A stretch of DNA of 26,247 nucleotides from Gemmatimonadota bacterium (GTDB lineage Bacteria; Gemmatimonadota; Gemmatimonadetes; Palauibacterales; Palauibacteraceae), in NCBI GenBank assembly GCA_039592635.1, contig JBDHBK010000008.1, forward strand, positions 1 to 26,247, in the 5' to 3' direction. Numbering within the stretch: the stretch's first letter is position 1; each line of letters starts with the position of its first letter. Shown one piece after another: positions 24,750-26,247 of this stretch. Made by a program: the position numbers and the translations under genes. Below the pieces are notes generated by a model. That model was not told the origin of the DNA. It searched no databases and saw only the letters and a program-made list of their open reading frames with translations.

Positions 24750-26006
24750 TCAGGCCGCGGCCAGCTTGCCGCTGACCGCGCGACCGACCTCCAGACCGGA
24801 CACGATCGCCCCTTCGATCGAGCCATGGCGGCGGTGATCCCCGGCGACGAACACGCCCTCTTCGGTGCAGAGAGGCCGAGCCTGAACTCCCCCCGCCCGG
24901 GGTGATTGGTCGGGCAGCCCCACGGGAATCCGATAGGCCGCGATCTCTTCCCACTCGTCCACCACGGGCCCGAACCACTCGCGAAGCTGCAAACGGGCTT
25001 CCACGCGCACTTCCGGTCGTTCGATCGCGTCGCCGAGGATCGTCGCAGACAGGAGCTCGCGGCCTGCAGGGGCGTAGGTGGACGACACCCGGCTCATCGG
25101 GGTGAAGTTCACGACCGGTCCCCTGCCCTCTCCGTCGAGGATCAGGATTCCTTCCTCGACGGGAGACTCTGCCGCGTCGTAGTAGATACAGAGAGCCGGC
25201 CGGTAGGCGGGGGCGTCCTCCAGATTGGCCAGTCGCCGCGCGGTCGGGCCGTCGGTGGCAAGCACCACCGCTCGGGCCGACAGGGCGCCGCCGCCCGTCA
25301 GCTCCACGCTCGTGCTGCTCACCGACTCCACGGCCGAGTTCAGCCGAATGCAGCCGGGAGGAAGGTCCGCAGCCAGTTGTTCGCTCAGCGCTCCCATACC
25401 CCGGGCCGGCACGGCCACGTCGGCCTCGCCGAACATCCGGAACACGAATTCGAACATGCGGCTCGACGTCTCGAGCGATGGATCGAGGAAAACTCCGCCC
25501 AGGAAAGGCCTGAAGAAGCGATCGATCATCCGGTCCGTGAATCCCCGCTCGGCCAGGTACGAGTGAGTGGACGTCTCGGGCCGCTCGAACAGCTCGGCCA
25601 GCGATCCGCGCCGCACCCGGAGCGCGAGCTGCGCCACGCGGCGCTTGTCGCCCAGCGAGCCGATGGGGGCCTTGAGAGTCGCGAGAGCCGCGCCCGGGCG
25701 ACGGAAGGGATCGGATACGCGGTGGAAGGCACCACCAATCCGCACGAGGGCCCCGGGTTCGAACGGTCTCAGATCGAGTCTCCCGAAATCGAGCTCCGAT
25801 CGAGTCACGGGGTAGGCGGTGAGCAAGACCTGGAAGCCGCGGTCCAGCAGGAAGCCGTCGACGTGGTCGGTGCGTGCGCGGCCGCCAGGACCGTCGCTCG
25901 CCTCCAGCACGAGCACCTGGAGGCCCAGGCGCTGCAGGGGCCGGGCACACGCGAGGCCGGCCAGGCCCGCACCCACCACGATGACATCGGCGTCGTATTG
26001 GCTCAT
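24750..26006 (-). CDS. Flavin-containing amine oxidase family oxidoreductase (protoporphyrinogen-oxidase/phytoene-desaturase-like fold)
   Basis: VIVVGAGLAGL, EASDGPGGRARTD..DGFLLDRGFQVLLTAYP, RPFLGGVFLD and VAGDH...SIEGAIVSG motifs. Start at ATG 26006 (MSQYDADV); the ORF-track extension to 26183 is spurious. Confidence 0.9.
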   Translation of the reverse strand: MSQYDADVIVVGAGLAGLACARPLQRLGLQVLVLEASDGPGGRARTDHVDGFLLDRGFQVLLTAYPVTRSELDFGRLDLRPFEPGALVRIGGAFHRVSDPFRRPGAALATLKAPIGSLGDKRRVAQLALRVRRGSLAELFERPETSTHSYLAERGFTDRMIDRFFRPFLGGVFLDPSLETSSRMFEFVFRMFGEADVAVPARGMGALSEQLAADLPPGCIRLNSAVESVSSTSVELTGGGALSARAVVLATDGPTARRLANLEDAPAYRPALCIYYDAAESPVEEGILILDGEGRGPVVNFTPMSRVSSTYAPAGRELLSATILGDAIERPEVRVEARLQLREWFGPVVDEWEEIAAYRIPVGLPDQSPRAGGVQARPLCTEEGVFVAGDHRRHGSIEGAIVSGLEVGRAVSGKLAAA

Positions 26007-26050
26007 TGGTTCCCGCCGCAGGGGGGTGTCAGTGTGAACCCGTGAACGTC

Positions 26051-26247
26051 TTACTGGCTTTCCGCCTGAGTCACAGGGAGATTCCTGAGCCAGGCGTCGC
26101 GCAGGGCAAGCTGTTCTGCCGTCTCGTCCGCGGCGAACCGCAGGACGTGTGTTTCCACCACCTCGACGAGCTGCTTCTCGCACGTGAACTCAAGCTCGTC
26201 ATCCCCCCGCGCGACTCGCATGACGAACGGTTCGCCGGCCCCCAGCC
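26051..26247 (-). CDS. 3' end of a CDS truncated by the window edge; probable PDZ-containing / M61-type peptidase C-terminus
   Basis: Not in the ORF track. Manual translation gives ...LGAGEPFVMRVARGDDELEFTCEKQLVEVVETHVLRFAADETAEQLALRDAWLRNLPVTQAESQ*. The V.RG strand and EQLALRDAWL tail resemble the ends of PDZ-bearing M61 aminopeptidases. Confidence 0.45.
   Translation of the reverse strand, partial: LGAGEPFVMRVARGDDELEFTCEKQLVEVVETHVLRFAADETAEQLALRDAWLRNLPVTQAESQ

Noticed and set aside
1-26247. CRISPR array, tRNA/rRNA, IS elements, phage or anti-phage defence genes
   Set aside because: No regularly spaced repeats, cloverleaf or rRNA signatures, transposase/integrase motifs or recognisable defence domains were seen by eye.

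Overview
High-GC bacterial chromosomal window with about 20 intact CDS. I found no rRNA, tRNA, CRISPR array, transposase or integrase. The gene families (carboxypeptidase-domain TonB receptor, membrane TolB-like/TPR protein, 6-bladed propeller lipoprotein) suggest Gemmatimonadota, which is an inference. Left arm: an NmrA-family gene divergent from a kefF/G-kefC-like-sodC unit, followed by a TonB-dependent receptor that converges on an S9 peptidase plus BBP2-type porin unit. Middle (about 11-21.7 kb): a variable-looking block of secreted or membrane hypothetical proteins, TPR proteins and an M1-like peptidase, interleaved with gene remnants (renalase-like 3' end, cysteine hydrolase, hemerythrin, and probably a frameshifted secreted-protein gene). 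Right arm: an FeS-type cryptochrome/photolyase, a renalase-like flavoprotein and an amine-oxidase-family flavoprotein, plus the 3' end of a probable PDZ/M61-type protein. I cannot support a new defence or mobile system. The most interesting signals are (1) a diverged ~200-bp direct repeat bracketing 13.56 kb that holds the decayed genes, (2) a Kef channel with altered glutathione-site and gating residues coupled to a leaderless Cu/Zn SOD, and (3) a porin whose only plausible start is non-canonical (ATA). All family calls and alignments are by eye from remembered consensus sequences; no database search was run.
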